A DNA stretch of 15,183 nt, from contig CAXTKV010000132.1 of the NCBI GenBank assembly GCA_964244895.1, positions 1 to 15,183 on the forward strand. Reading direction: 5' to 3'. The first letter of the stretch is position 1, and each line of letters begins with the position of its first letter. The translations under genes were made by a program, and so were the position numbers. Positions 7,575-15,021 of the stretch are shown one piece after another. Source of the stretch: an uncultured Deinococcales bacterium (lineage in GTDB: Bacteria > Deinococcota > Deinococci > Deinococcales > JAAFIG01). The notes under the pieces are model-generated. The model did not search any database. It saw nothing but the letters and a program-made list of their open reading frames with translations, and was not told the DNA's origin.

Positions 7575-7850
7575 GCCCTCCGCTTCCCTCGATTCAAACC
7601 AGCCCCTCGCGTTCTCGAGAGCGGATCGGTTCCACCAACCCCACTCGCAAACACCATCTGCGACGATGCCGACTGAACCCGTTCAGCGCGCCATCCTGGC
7701 GGGTGAACAGACCTTCGGCTCGAGCCACGAACGCGGAGTGCGCCCAAAACGGGCCTCGGCGTGCGCGTCAAACTGTCCGCTTCAACGCCACCGGGTTCAT
7801 CAGACGCCACATAAATCAAGAATTCAGATGCTCAACGCTCGAGGTCGATC

Positions 7851-8777
7851 ATGACGCTGAAACCAGCCCTGAACCGTTCGGCAACCCAGAAATCGGGGCG
7901 CACCTCGAGCCTACCAGCCTTCTTGTTGCTGCTCCCAGCGCTCGCGTACCTGATCCTGACCACGCAAGTCCCATTTTTGATGACGATCTACTACAGCCTG
8001 TTCCGTTACAGCCTGGTCGATCCGTTGCGCCGTCCGTTTATCGGCCTGGAAAATTACGTGAGCCTGTTTACCGACCCTCTTTCGGTTCCGGTTTTGATCA
8101 ACACCCTGGTGCTGGTTTTGAGCGTGATCGGGTTGACCGTGCTGCTCGGGCTGGGGCTGGCTTTGTTGTTCAACCGCAGGTTTTTTGCCCGGAACCTGGC
8201 GCGCACCTTGTTGATCGGACCGTTCTTCGTGATGCCGGTGATCACCGCGCTGATCTGGAAAAATTCGCTCTATAACCCCGTGTACGGTCTGTTCAGCGAA
8301 GTCGCGAGGGCTGTCGGGCTGCCCGCGGTTGACTGGCTGGCCAAATTCCCGATGCCTTCGATCGTCGCCATGGTGACCTGGGAATGGACGCCTTTTGCCA
8401 TGCTGATCATGCTGACCAGCTTGCAATCCTTGCCGCAGGATCAACTCGAGGCCGCGCGTCTGGACGGTGCGAACGGCTTTCAGGAATTCCGTTTCATCGT
8501 GCTGCCGCACCTGTCCAAAGCGGTCGAGGTGATCGTGCTCCTGGAAGCCATTTTTATTTTGCAAATCTACGGCGAGATTTACATCGCCACCAGCGGCGGC
8601 CCCGGACTGGCCACGACCAACTTGCCGTACTTTATTTTTCAGAAAGCCTTCGCGGAGTACAGCATCGGCATGGCTTCGGCGGCGGGCGTGTTCGCGGTGA
8701 TCCTGGCGAACATCGTGACGGCCTTTTTCTTGCGGTTGGTGAACCGCAACGTCAACGTCAGGGTGGTGCCCCAATGA
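7851..8777 (+). CDS. smoF: Polyol ABC transporter permease (MalF-like)
   Basis: Multiple TM segments, EAA loop (EAARLDGA), WEWTPFAMLI, TSGGPGLATTNLPY. GAGG upstream. Confidence 0.9.
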   Translation: MTLKPALNRSATQKSGRTSSLPAFLLLLPALAYLILTTQVPFLMTIYYSLFRYSLVDPLRRPFIGLENYVSLFTDPLSVPVLINTLVLVLSVIGLTVLLGLGLALLFNRRFFARNLARTLLIGPFFVMPVITALIWKNSLYNPVYGLFSEVARAVGLPAVDWLAKFPMPSIVAMVTWEWTPFAMLIMLTSLQSLPQDQLEAARLDGANGFQEFRFIVLPHLSKAVEVIVLLEAIFILQIYGEIYIATSGGPGLATTNLPYFIFQKAFAEYSIGMASAAGVFAVILANIVTAFFLRLVNRNVNVRVVPQ

Positions 8778-9610
8778 TCAGGAAGAGTGCTCAAAACCCG
8801 TGGTTGATCGCCAAGAACGTCGGTCTGGGTACGCTCGCCTGGGTGATCGCGTTGGCGTTTTTCTTCCCGATCTTCTGGATGTTCCTGAGCGCCTTCAAGA
8901 CCGAAGATCAGGCGTTTCAAACGCCGCCCGTGATCTTTTTCCAACCGATCCTGGACAATTTCGTTCACGCCTTCGCCAAGTACGCTCCGGCCTTGCGCAA
9001 TTCTTTGGTGGTGGCTTTCGGCTCGAGCCTGATCGCGTTCACCCTGGGCATTCCGGCGGCCTTTTCGATGGCGTTCTACCCGACCCAGCGCAGCCGTGGG
9101 ACGCTGTTGTGGTTCGTTTCGACCAAGATGATGCCGCCCGTCGGCGTGATCGTGCCGCTGTACCTGATCTTCAAGGATTTGCACCTGCTGGACACGCTTT
9201 TGGGATTGACGCTGATGTACACCACGATGAATTTGCCGCTGGTGGTCTGGATGATGCATTCGTATTTGTCCGAAATCCCGCCGGAAATCCTGGAGGCGGC
9301 CCGCGTGGATGGCGCGAGCTTGCGCCAGGAATTTCTGAACATCGCCATGCCGCTGGCCGCGCCGGGCATCGCTTCGACGGCGTTGTTGTGCCTGATCTTC
9401 GCGTGGAACGAGGCGTTTTTCGCGTTGAACCTGACGAACATCGACGCTGCGCCATTGTCCGTTTACGTCTCGAGCTTCAAGACCTCCGAAGGTCTGTTCT
9501 GGGCGGGTCTGTCGGCGGCGGCCACGCTGGTGATTTTGCCGGTGATGGCTTTCGGCTGGTCGGCGCAACGCCAGCTCGTGCAGGGCCTGACGATGGGCGC
9601 GGTCAAGTGA
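8774..9610 (+). CDS. smoG: Polyol ABC transporter permease (MalG-like)
   Basis: Start at ATG 8774 (ATGA overlap with the previous stop). FFFPIFWM..FKTE, STKMMPPVG, EAARVDGA, AWNEAFF, SEGLFWA, QLVQGLTMGAVK. Confidence 0.9.
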   Translation: MIRKSAQNPWLIAKNVGLGTLAWVIALAFFFPIFWMFLSAFKTEDQAFQTPPVIFFQPILDNFVHAFAKYAPALRNSLVVAFGSSLIAFTLGIPAAFSMAFYPTQRSRGTLLWFVSTKMMPPVGVIVPLYLIFKDLHLLDTLLGLTLMYTTMNLPLVVWMMHSYLSEIPPEILEAARVDGASLRQEFLNIAMPLAAPGIASTALLCLIFAWNEAFFALNLTNIDAAPLSVYVSSFKTSEGLFWAGLSAAATLVILPVMAFGWSAQRQLVQGLTMGAVK

Positions 9611-9665
9611 GCGGGCCGGTCGTGGAGCAGGCGTCAGGTATCAGAGGTGATCCGAGATCGATGCG

Positions 9666-9729
9666 TGGGAACACCGTGCTGGACGGTCTTTTGAAAAACA
9701 CGAGAACATCGTCCAGCACGGTGTTCCCA
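9666..9729. repeat. REP-like inverted doublet (BIME/REPIN-like) inside the operon
   Basis: TGGGAACACCGTGCTGGACG (9666-9685) is the exact reverse complement of 9710-9729, and each unit is itself an imperfect palindrome. Confidence 0.85.
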
Positions 9730-9748
9730 ATAGAAAGAGGAACCAATC

Positions 9749-10774
9749 GTGTCTGAAACCATGCGGGCTGCCGTCATCACTGCGCCCGGAGAACTCGAGA
9801 CCAGGGCCTTCGCCGTGCCGCACGCGGGCGCTGGTCAGGTGCGCATCAAGGTCGCGGCCACCGGCGTGTGCGGTACGGACCTGCACCTCCTGCACGGCGC
9901 GTTCGGCGCGCAACTGCCGCTCGTGCCGGGTCACGAGATCGCGGGCGTGATCGATCAGGTCGGGCCGGGCGTGCTGGAACTCCACGAGGGCGACCGCGTG
10001 GCGCTCGACCCGGTCATCAGTTGCGGTCAGTGCCACCACTGCCAGCGCGGAATGCGCCACCACTGCCTGCGTTACCAGGCGCTCGGCGTGACCCGCGCGG
10101 GCGGCTTCGCGGAGTACGTGGTCGCCCCCGCCGAGAACGTCTACACCATCGGCGACCTGAGCCTGGAAGTGGCCTCCTTCGCGGAACCCCTGGGCTGCAT
10201 CGCCTGGGGCATGAAGCGCCTCGAGCCAGCGCCAGCCTCCAAGGTCTTGCTGTTCGGCGCTGGCCCGATCGCGCTTTTGTTGATGCAGGCATTGATCGCC
10301 TCCGGCGCCAGCCAGGTCACGGTCGTGGAACCCAACGCGGAACGCCGACGGATCGCCCTGGCACTCGGCGCGAGCCGCACCCTGGACGCTGGCCCCGATT
10401 TGAGCGTCCAACTGCTCGACCTCGAGCCTTACGGTTTCGACATCGTGACCGAAGCGACCGGATCGCCGCGCGTGGTCGAGGGCATGCTGCAATACGCCGC
10501 GCCCGGCGGCAAGATCATGATTTACGGCGTCGCCCCGGAAGAAGCCGTGGTGCAGTTCAGCCCCTACGAGATCTTCCGGCGCGACCTGACGGTGATCGGC
10601 AGTTTCTCGCTCTTGGGAACCGTTCCCATCGCGCTCGAGTGGTTGCAGGCCGGGCGCGTCAAGGTCGAACCCCTGATCACGCACCGTCTGCCCATCGAGG
10701 AACTCGGGCGGGCGCTGCGCTACAAGGACAACCCTGGACTCGAGGGTTCGCAAAAGGTTTTGATCGTGCCCTGA
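9749..10774 (+). CDS. Zinc-dependent medium-chain (polyol) dehydrogenase
   Basis: GVCGTD, PGHE, structural Zn motif CGQCHHCx7C, GAGPIA. GTG start with AGAGGA SD. Confidence 0.92.
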   Translation: MSETMRAAVITAPGELETRAFAVPHAGAGQVRIKVAATGVCGTDLHLLHGAFGAQLPLVPGHEIAGVIDQVGPGVLELHEGDRVALDPVISCGQCHHCQRGMRHHCLRYQALGVTRAGGFAEYVVAPAENVYTIGDLSLEVASFAEPLGCIAWGMKRLEPAPASKVLLFGAGPIALLLMQALIASGASQVTVVEPNAERRRIALALGASRTLDAGPDLSVQLLDLEPYGFDIVTEATGSPRVVEGMLQYAAPGGKIMIYGVAPEEAVVQFSPYEIFRRDLTVIGSFSLLGTVPIALEWLQAGRVKVEPLITHRLPIEELGRALRYKDNPGLEGSQKVLIVP

Positions 10775-10792
10775 GGGAAGAGCCACTTGTAT

Positions 10793-10851
10793 AGAATATC
10801 GTCCGGCACGCCACGCTCGAGAATCAGGAAACACCGTCCGGGACGGTTTCC
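10793..10851. repeat. REP-like units
   Basis: AGAATATCGTCCGGCACG (10793-10810) and GGAAACACCGTCCGGGACGGTTTCC (10827-10851), with CTCGAG (10816-10821) between them. Confidence 0.75.
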
Positions 10852-10930
10852 TTGAAGCCCAAAGACATCACAACATCAAACGCACAATTCCGTCGGCCAC
10901 GTTGACGCCACCCTCGACGAGGAGAACCCC

Positions 10931-11686
10931 ATGAGCGCACCCAATTACGCACTGCACGACCAGATCGCCATCGTCACCGGCGGCGGGCGAGGCATCGGAT
11001 TCGAGATCGCCAGGGCGATGCGAGGCTCCGGCGCGCGCCTCGTGATCGCGGAAGCCGACCCCGGCGTCGGAGAGAGCGCCGCCAGGGAACTGGACGGCCT
11101 GTTCGTGCAGACCGATGTGACCGATTCGGCCTCCGTGCGCCGCATGATCGAATCGGTTGTGGCCGAGCACGGACGGATCGACTGCATCGTCAACAACGCG
11201 GGCATCTGCCGCAACACCCCATCAGAAGATGTCACCGACGACGAATGGCGATTGGTGATGAGCGTCGACCTGGACGGCGTGTTCTACTGCTGCCGCGAGG
11301 CCGCAAAGGTCATGCTGGCTCAGGGTTCGGGCAGCATCGTCAACATCGGTTCCATGTCCGGCATCATCTCCAATAGGCCGCAACCGCAATCCGCCTACAA
11401 CGCCGCCAAAGCGGGCGTGATCCACCTGACCAAATCCCTGGCGGGGGAATGGGCTTCGCGCGGCGTGCGCGTCAACTGCATCAGCCCCGGTTACATCGCC
11501 ACGCCGATGACCAAACAGGGACTCGAAACCCCCGAATGGCGCGAGACCTGGCTTTCCAGCACCCCGATGGGGCGGCTCGGTGAACCCGTCGAGGTCGCGG
11601 CCTGCGCGGTCTTTCTGGCCAGCCCCGCCGCCAGCTTCCTGACGGGCAGCAACATCGTGGTGGACGGAGGTTACACCTCATGGTGA
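10931..11686 (+). CDS. SDR-family oxidoreductase, polyol dehydrogenase/ketose reductase type
   Basis: TGGGRGIG, NNAG, SMSGIISNRPQPQSAYNAAK (YxxxK; the NRPQ segment is typical of galactitol/mannitol dehydrogenase- and sorbose reductase-like SDRs), VDGGYT. GAGGAG SD. Confidence 0.92.
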   Translation: MSAPNYALHDQIAIVTGGGRGIGFEIARAMRGSGARLVIAEADPGVGESAARELDGLFVQTDVTDSASVRRMIESVVAEHGRIDCIVNNAGICRNTPSEDVTDDEWRLVMSVDLDGVFYCCREAAKVMLAQGSGSIVNIGSMSGIISNRPQPQSAYNAAKAGVIHLTKSLAGEWASRGVRVNCISPGYIATPMTKQGLETPEWRETWLSSTPMGRLGEPVEVAACAVFLASPAASFLTGSNIVVDGGYTSW

Positions 11687-11695
11687 GCGCGGAAT

Positions 11696-11723
11696 CGCGG
11701 GTCGGGGGTCGCGGGTCACGGGT
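11696..11723 (+). repeat. Short tandem heptamer repeat
   Basis: CGCGGGT CGGGGGT CGCGGGT CACGGGT. Confidence 0.6.
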
Positions 11724-11762
11724 AAGAATCAGGGTGTTCTCGAGCGTGAGGGGTGAAGGTCT

Positions 11763-12839
11763 GTGAGCGCGGCTCCTGAAAACATGAACGTGGCCGTCAT
11801 GCACGGCATCCGGGACGTGAGACTCGAGACGCGCGCCGTGCCGAAGCCAGGCCCACGCGATGTGCTGGTCAAGATCGAACGCGTGGGCGTGTGCGCGTCG
11901 GATGTTCACTACTACACGCACGGACGGATCGGGCATTACGTGGTCGAGAAGCCGCTCGTGCTGGGCCACGAATCGGCAGGCGTGATCGCAGAAGTTGGAA
12001 GTGAAGTCACGAGCCTCAAGGTCGGTGACCGGGTCAGCCTGGAACCCGGCCACACCTGTCGGCGCTGCTACCACTGCAAACGCGGGCGCTACAACCTCTG
12101 CCCGAACGTGACCTTCATGGCCACCCCGCCCGTGGACGGCGCGTTCCTGGAATACATCACCTGGCCGGATGATTTCGTCTTCAAGATTCCCGATTCCATG
12201 AGCCTGGACGCGGCGGCGTTGCTCGAGCCGCTGGCCGTGGGCGTCTGGGCTGCCAAGCGCGGCGATGTCGCCATGGGCAGTTCCGTGGCCGTCTTCGGGG
12301 CTGGCCCGATCGGCTGCACGACCCTGCAAGCCGCCAGAGCCGCAGGCGCGACCACGATCATTGCCGTGGACATCATCGCGTACAGGCTCGATCTGGCCAG
12401 GGAACTCGGCGCGACCCACACCATCAACGCCAGAGAAGAAAACACCCTCGAGCGCATCCGCGAGATCACCGCGCCGTTAACCGGACTGCCGCACGCCAGC
12501 GCTGGGGTGGACGCCGCCTTTGAGACGGCGGGCACGCTCGAAACCTGCCGCACGACCATCCTGGCCACGCGCACGGGCGGGGTCGCCATACTGGTCGGAT
12601 TGCCGCCGGACCCGCTGGTCAGCCTGGACATCGTGGCCGCGGCCAGCCGTGAGGTGGACATTCGCGGGCAGTTCCGCTACGCCAACTGCTACCCCGCAGC
12701 GCTCGATCTGGTCGCCACGGGACGCGTCAACCTGGACAAGATGATCACGCACCGTTACCCGCTGGCTCAGGCCGGTGACGCCCTCGAGTTCGCGGATCGC
12801 GAGCGCCAATCCATGAAAGTCATGGTCGAAATCGGCTGA
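11763..12839 (+). CDS. NAD-dependent sorbitol (L-iditol 2-)/xylitol dehydrogenase-like MDR enzyme
   Basis: [63 protein letters not shown]. Start is GTG 11763 or ATG 11784. Confidence 0.93.
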   Translation: MSAAPENMNVAVMHGIRDVRLETRAVPKPGPRDVLVKIERVGVCASDVHYYTHGRIGHYVVEKPLVLGHESAGVIAEVGSEVTSLKVGDRVSLEPGHTCRRCYHCKRGRYNLCPNVTFMATPPVDGAFLEYITWPDDFVFKIPDSMSLDAAALLEPLAVGVWAAKRGDVAMGSSVAVFGAGPIGCTTLQAARAAGATTIIAVDIIAYRLDLARELGATHTINAREENTLERIREITAPLTGLPHASAGVDAAFETAGTLETCRTTILATRTGGVAILVGLPPDPLVSLDIVAAASREVDIRGQFRYANCYPAALDLVATGRVNLDKMITHRYPLAQAGDALEFADRERQSMKVMVEIG

Positions 12840-12966
12840 ACTCCGTTCTGGACGCGGTTTCTTGAAGATACAAAACTAGCGTCCCGGACGGTGTTCTCGA
12901 GGTTAGAGGAATACCGTCTGGGACGTTAAATTTCATTTTTGACTCGTCTGGAACGGCGTTCTCGAG
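12838..12966. repeat. Four-unit REP-like array at the end of the polyol operon
   Basis: Units at 12838-12861, 12880-12901 (CGTCCCGGACGGTGTTCTCGAG), 12908-12925 (GGAATACCGTCTGGGACG) and 12945-12966 (CGTCTGGAACGGCGTTCTCGAG). Confidence 0.8.
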
Positions 12967-13013
12967 CTTCCCAGCTTCAGCTCGAGCATCCACAGACGCG
13001 CTAGAATGCACCC

Positions 13014-13385
13014 ATGGCCGTCAAAAAAAGCACTGAGAATTTTGAAATAGACATCAACAAGGACGTGCTGATCGGCATCGCGGGCATCGCGCTCGAAGGT
13101 GTCAAAGGCGTCACACCCGTCACGCCACCCGTCAAAGTTGGTGAAGTGCTGGCGGGCAAACGCCTCAAAGGCATCAACGTCAACCGCGACGGCAACAACC
13201 TGACCGTGGATCTGACCGTCAACGTCGATTACGGCCTCGAGATTCCCAACGTCGCCCGCGAGGTTCAACGCTGCGTCGCCGAGAACATTGAAGTCATGAC
13301 CGGACTGAACGTCAAAGCCGTCAACGTCACCATTCAGGGCATCGTCCTGCCAAATGAACCCAGCAAAGAGAACGCGAATGCCTGA
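13014..13385 (+). CDS. Asp23/Gls24-family envelope stress protein (YqhY-like)
   Basis: INKDVLIGIAGIALEGVKGV..VDLTVNVDYGLEIPNVAREVQ..MTGLNVKAVNVTIQG. Conserved position upstream of nusB. TAGAAT lies 6 nt before the ATG. Confidence 0.9.
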   Translation: MAVKKSTENFEIDINKDVLIGIAGIALEGVKGVTPVTPPVKVGEVLAGKRLKGINVNRDGNNLTVDLTVNVDYGLEIPNVAREVQRCVAENIEVMTGLNVKAVNVTIQGIVLPNEPSKENANA

Positions 13386-13914
13386 AAGCACCGACCCCGC
13401 CCTAAACGCGCCCAAACGCAACACCGCCGGAGTCCGCCGCCGCGCCCGAGAACTCGCGTTCCGCGTGCTGTTCGAATCCGAACAGGGCAACGGGACAATC
13501 AGCGACGCCTGGGATCACGCCATGACGGAATTCGCGCCCCGAGACGGCGCGCCTGCAACCCGAGAAACCCGCAAGGAACCCCGATCCCGAGACGACGAAT
13601 CGAGCAACGAAGCCCTGGATGCCGAAGGGATCGCCTTCGCCCACCGGCTGGTGCTGGGCTTCGACGACAAACGTTACGACGTGGATCAGACCTTGGAGCG
13701 CGTGATCGAAGGCTGGACGTTCGGTCAGATGTCCAAAACCGACCTGACCGTGCTGCGGCTGGCCGGGTTTGAAATGATGTTCGACACCACCCCGCACCCG
13801 CCCGTCATCGAAGTCGCCGTGCGGATCGCCAAGAAATACGGCGGCGAGGAATCCGGAAAGTTCGTGAATGGCGTGCTGGCGAGGTTAAAGAAGCACCTCG
13901 AGTCCAATCTGTAG
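13378..13914 (+). CDS. nusB: Transcription antitermination factor NusB
   Basis: RRRARELAFRVLFE, GWTFGQMSKTDLTVLRLA, VIEVAVRIAKKYGGEESGKFVNGVLARL. ATG 13378 overlaps the asp23 stop (the ORF track uses 13354). Confidence 0.95.
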   Translation: MPESTDPALNAPKRNTAGVRRRARELAFRVLFESEQGNGTISDAWDHAMTEFAPRDGAPATRETRKEPRSRDDESSNEALDAEGIAFAHRLVLGFDDKRYDVDQTLERVIEGWTFGQMSKTDLTVLRLAGFEMMFDTTPHPPVIEVAVRIAKKYGGEESGKFVNGVLARLKKHLESNL

Positions 13915-13916
13915 GA

Positions 13917-14273
13917 TCAATTCCACTGATCGAAAAATGCTTTTGAGTTCGGGCCAAGATAAGGCTCCACCGTCGCCGAGAGTTCTCCCTCACCTGCGAT
14001 GTTCTCAAGAAAGCAAGTGCAAGCGGCGGTATCAAGATCGACATTTGAATTACTCACGCACTGTTCGATAAGTGAGAACAGGGCGAGGAGTTGATATTCG
14101 CTGGTTTTCGAGAAGGATTCCCGAATGTATTGGGTGAATTCCAAGAACAGCCCACAAAACGTGAACGCTCCATCCGGTTTCATGAAGAGGTTATTGTCTT
14201 GCGCCCATTGAATTGCAAAGTCTGGAAATATTGCCGAGAGGTGCTCGAGAATAGTTTCTGGGTTGACTCGCAT
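13917..14273 (-). CDS. Small low-GC hypothetical protein (possible DUF7674/immunity-like helical protein)
   Basis: 118-aa ORF filling the nusB-def gap, with AT-richer codons than its neighbours. C-terminal AACTCFLENI..YLGPNSK motif. CATACT lies 6 nt before the ATG. The family name is from memory, unverified. Confidence 0.75.
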   Translation of the reverse strand: MRVNPETILEHLSAIFPDFAIQWAQDNNLFMKPDGAFTFCGLFLEFTQYIRESFSKTSEYQLLALFSLIEQCVSNSNVDLDTAACTCFLENIAGEGELSATVEPYLGPNSKAFFDQWN

Positions 14274-14332
14274 ACCTCAAGTATGCCCTGGATTGCGCTT
14301 GACCACACCAACCACGATTTCTTTCCACCTTC

Positions 14333-14361
14333 AAAAACCTGTCTGGGACGGTCTTCTCGAG
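14333..14361. repeat. Single REP-like unit
   Basis: AAAAACCTGTCTGGGACGGTCTTCTCGAG matches the family consensus and ends in CTCGAG. Confidence 0.7.
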
Positions 14362-14415
14362 ACTCCAATCCTTGATACTGCGTTTTGGTCAATGTCCAGG
14401 TAAACTCTAACGCTG

Positions 14416-15021
14416 ATGATCCTGCCCATTCGACTCTACGGCGATCCCGTGCTGCGCCAGAAGGCGCGACCCGTGACGGATTTTTCCGACATCCCGAAAC
14501 TCGCACAGAACATGCTGGAAACCATGTTCGACGCGCACGGCGTGGGCATCGCCGCGCCGCAGGTGGGTTTGCCGATCCGTCTGTTCGTGGCCGTGGAATT
14601 CAGCGACGATGAACCCGAGGGAGAGCAGGCCGAGGAATCCGACGAACCCAGGTCTCGGGTGCTGAACGAGTTCGTGGTGGTCAACCCGGTGCTCGAGGTC
14701 TTGCAGCGCGGTCCGGTGGAAGGTCTGGAAGGTTGCCTTTCGATTCCTGGCATCTACGAAGAAGGCGTGCCGCGCGCTCAAGCGGTGCGTGTGCGCTACC
14801 AGAACGAGCGCGGCGATCACAAGACCATCGAGGCCGAGGATTACCTGGCGCGGGTGTTCCTGCACGAGTTCGATCACCTGGAAGGGAAGTTGTTCCTGGA
14901 TTACTTGCCGCGCGAGGTCGTGAATGTTCATCGCGATGATTTGACGGAAATGCAGCGCAAGGCAAAGGCCTTCTTGAAAGAAGAAAAAGACCGCGAGAAG
15001 GTCTTGAAGGGCAAGCGTTGA
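14416..15021 (+). CDS. def: Peptide deformylase
   Basis: Motifs GVGIAAPQVG, EGCLS, HEFDH. Confidence 0.97.
   Translation: MILPIRLYGDPVLRQKARPVTDFSDIPKLAQNMLETMFDAHGVGIAAPQVGLPIRLFVAVEFSDDEPEGEQAEESDEPRSRVLNEFVVVNPVLEVLQRGPVEGLEGCLSIPGIYEEGVPRAQAVRVRYQNERGDHKTIEAEDYLARVFLHEFDHLEGKLFLDYLPREVVNVHRDDLTEMQRKAKAFLKEEKDREKVLKGKR

Noticed and set aside
7703..8275. 190-aa ORF starting in the smoE-smoF spacer
   Set aside because: Mostly overlaps the permease out of frame and has no motif.
8384..8773. N-terminal extension of the second permease
   Set aside because: Overlaps the first permease in another frame; the ATGA-coupled start at 8774 gives a normal-sized protein.
10895..10903. GGCCACGTT as a fourth operator before the SDR gene
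   Set aside because: Only a half-site; the right arm does not match.
13531..13620. Charged low-complexity insertion in NusB (APRDGAPATRETRKEPRSRDDESS)
   Set aside because: Falls in a variable inter-helix loop; no intein or domain signature.
1927..14361. CRISPR array interpretation of the ~27-bp palindromic repeats
   Set aside because: Copies are dispersed, degenerate and often inverted, with no regular unique spacers and no cas genes.
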